Source: an uncultured Chloroflexia bacterium
GTDB taxonomy: Bacteria; Chloroflexota; Limnocylindria; Limnocylindrales; CSP1-4
DNA: 64,000 nucleotides
Reading direction: 5' to 3'
NCBI GenBank assembly: GCA_963749705.1
Contig: CAVVNQ010000007.1
Coordinates: forward strand, 128,001 to 192,000
Made by a program: the position numbers and the translations under genes. The first letter of the stretch is position 1, and each line of letters starts with the position of its first letter. Positions 63,585 to 64,000 of this stretch are shown one piece after another. The notes under the pieces were generated by a model. It searched no databases, had not been told where the DNA came from, and saw only the letters and a program-made list of their open reading frames with translations.

Positions 63585-63772
63585 GAACGGTGCTCCTGTC
63601 CTGGATATGGCGATTCGCAGCAATGCCGTATGCGCGACGCGAGTCGCGTGCCTGGTCTGCGTGCTTCCTTCCCGTGGGGAGCTGGGACGAGAAGTCAGGG
63701 GCCGTTGGTCACTGGGATGTCGCGACCGGGAGTGCGCTCTGTCGCCCGTTGGGCCGATCGCTGGAGGCTAAC

Positions 63773-63795
63773 TGTTGACAATCGTCATGTCAACA
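63773..63795. promoter_or_regulatory. Inverted repeat, probable GntR-family operator
   Basis: TGTTGACA-N7-TGTCAACA between the divergent gcvT-like and gntR genes. Confidence 0.65.
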
Positions 63796-63858
63796 ACAGA
63801 TGGGTCCCAAAGATGTATGCTCCGGCGCACTGGTCGGACCCCGGTCGACGGAGACCCG

Positions 63859-64000
63859 ATGACATCGATCGCACACAAGCAGCTCTGGGAGTCCGTGGCC
63901 GACGAGCTGCGGGATTCAATCCTCGACGGGCGCCTGCCGGCGGGATCCCGGCTCCTCGAGACGGAGCTCGCCGAGCGCTTCGGCGTGTCGCGCGGCCCGG
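63859..64000 (+). CDS. GntR family regulator (3' truncated by the window edge)
   Basis: MTSIAHKQLWESVADELRDSILDGRLPAGSRLLETELAERFGVSRGP wHTH. Confidence 0.85.
   Translation, partial: MTSIAHKQLWESVADELRDSILDGRLPAGSRLLETELAERFGVSRGP

Noticed and set aside
60309-63623. Apparent 1104-aa GcvT-EtfB fusion
   Set aside because: Produced by the +1 frameshift near 61225; the GcvT C-terminus with its own stop (61076) and the EtfB ATG (61073) are both present

Overview
Very GC-rich bacterial chromosome segment; the gene content and a GAAC-N4-GTTC LexA box fit Chloroflexota or Actinomycetota, but this is inference. From left to right: (1) a purine-catabolism cluster (guanine deaminase, xanthine dehydrogenase subunits, uricase, HIU hydrolase, OHCU decarboxylase, cyclic amidohydrolase, malate synthase, DUF3830) at 1-11.9 kb; (2) signalling, regulatory and membrane genes at 12-26 kb; (3) an accessory, visibly less GC-rich island around tRNA-Gly(CCC) at about 26-34.4 kb; (4) a GS-like/amidohydrolase pair, long-form isocitrate lyase, LysR and MFS at 34.5-42.4 kb; (5) a cluster of four GcvT-family dehydrogenases, DadA, a Liv-type ABC transporter, EtfAB and a membrane Fe-S oxidoreductase at 42.5-64 kb. 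The island holds an AspBHI/MspJI-like modification-dependent nuclease, two coupled UDG-fold genes, LexA-box-preceded microproteins and a stand-alone reverse transcriptase. The best candidate for an undescribed system is that RT (30544-32082, atypical WMDD motif, helical C-terminal domain) with the ~190 nt highly base-paired region directly upstream, which holds a GTTTGTTTGT segment and looks like a DRT-type ncRNA. Eight apparent +1 frameshifts in seven otherwise intact genes look like sequencing errors. All family calls come from motif recognition by eye; no searches were run.
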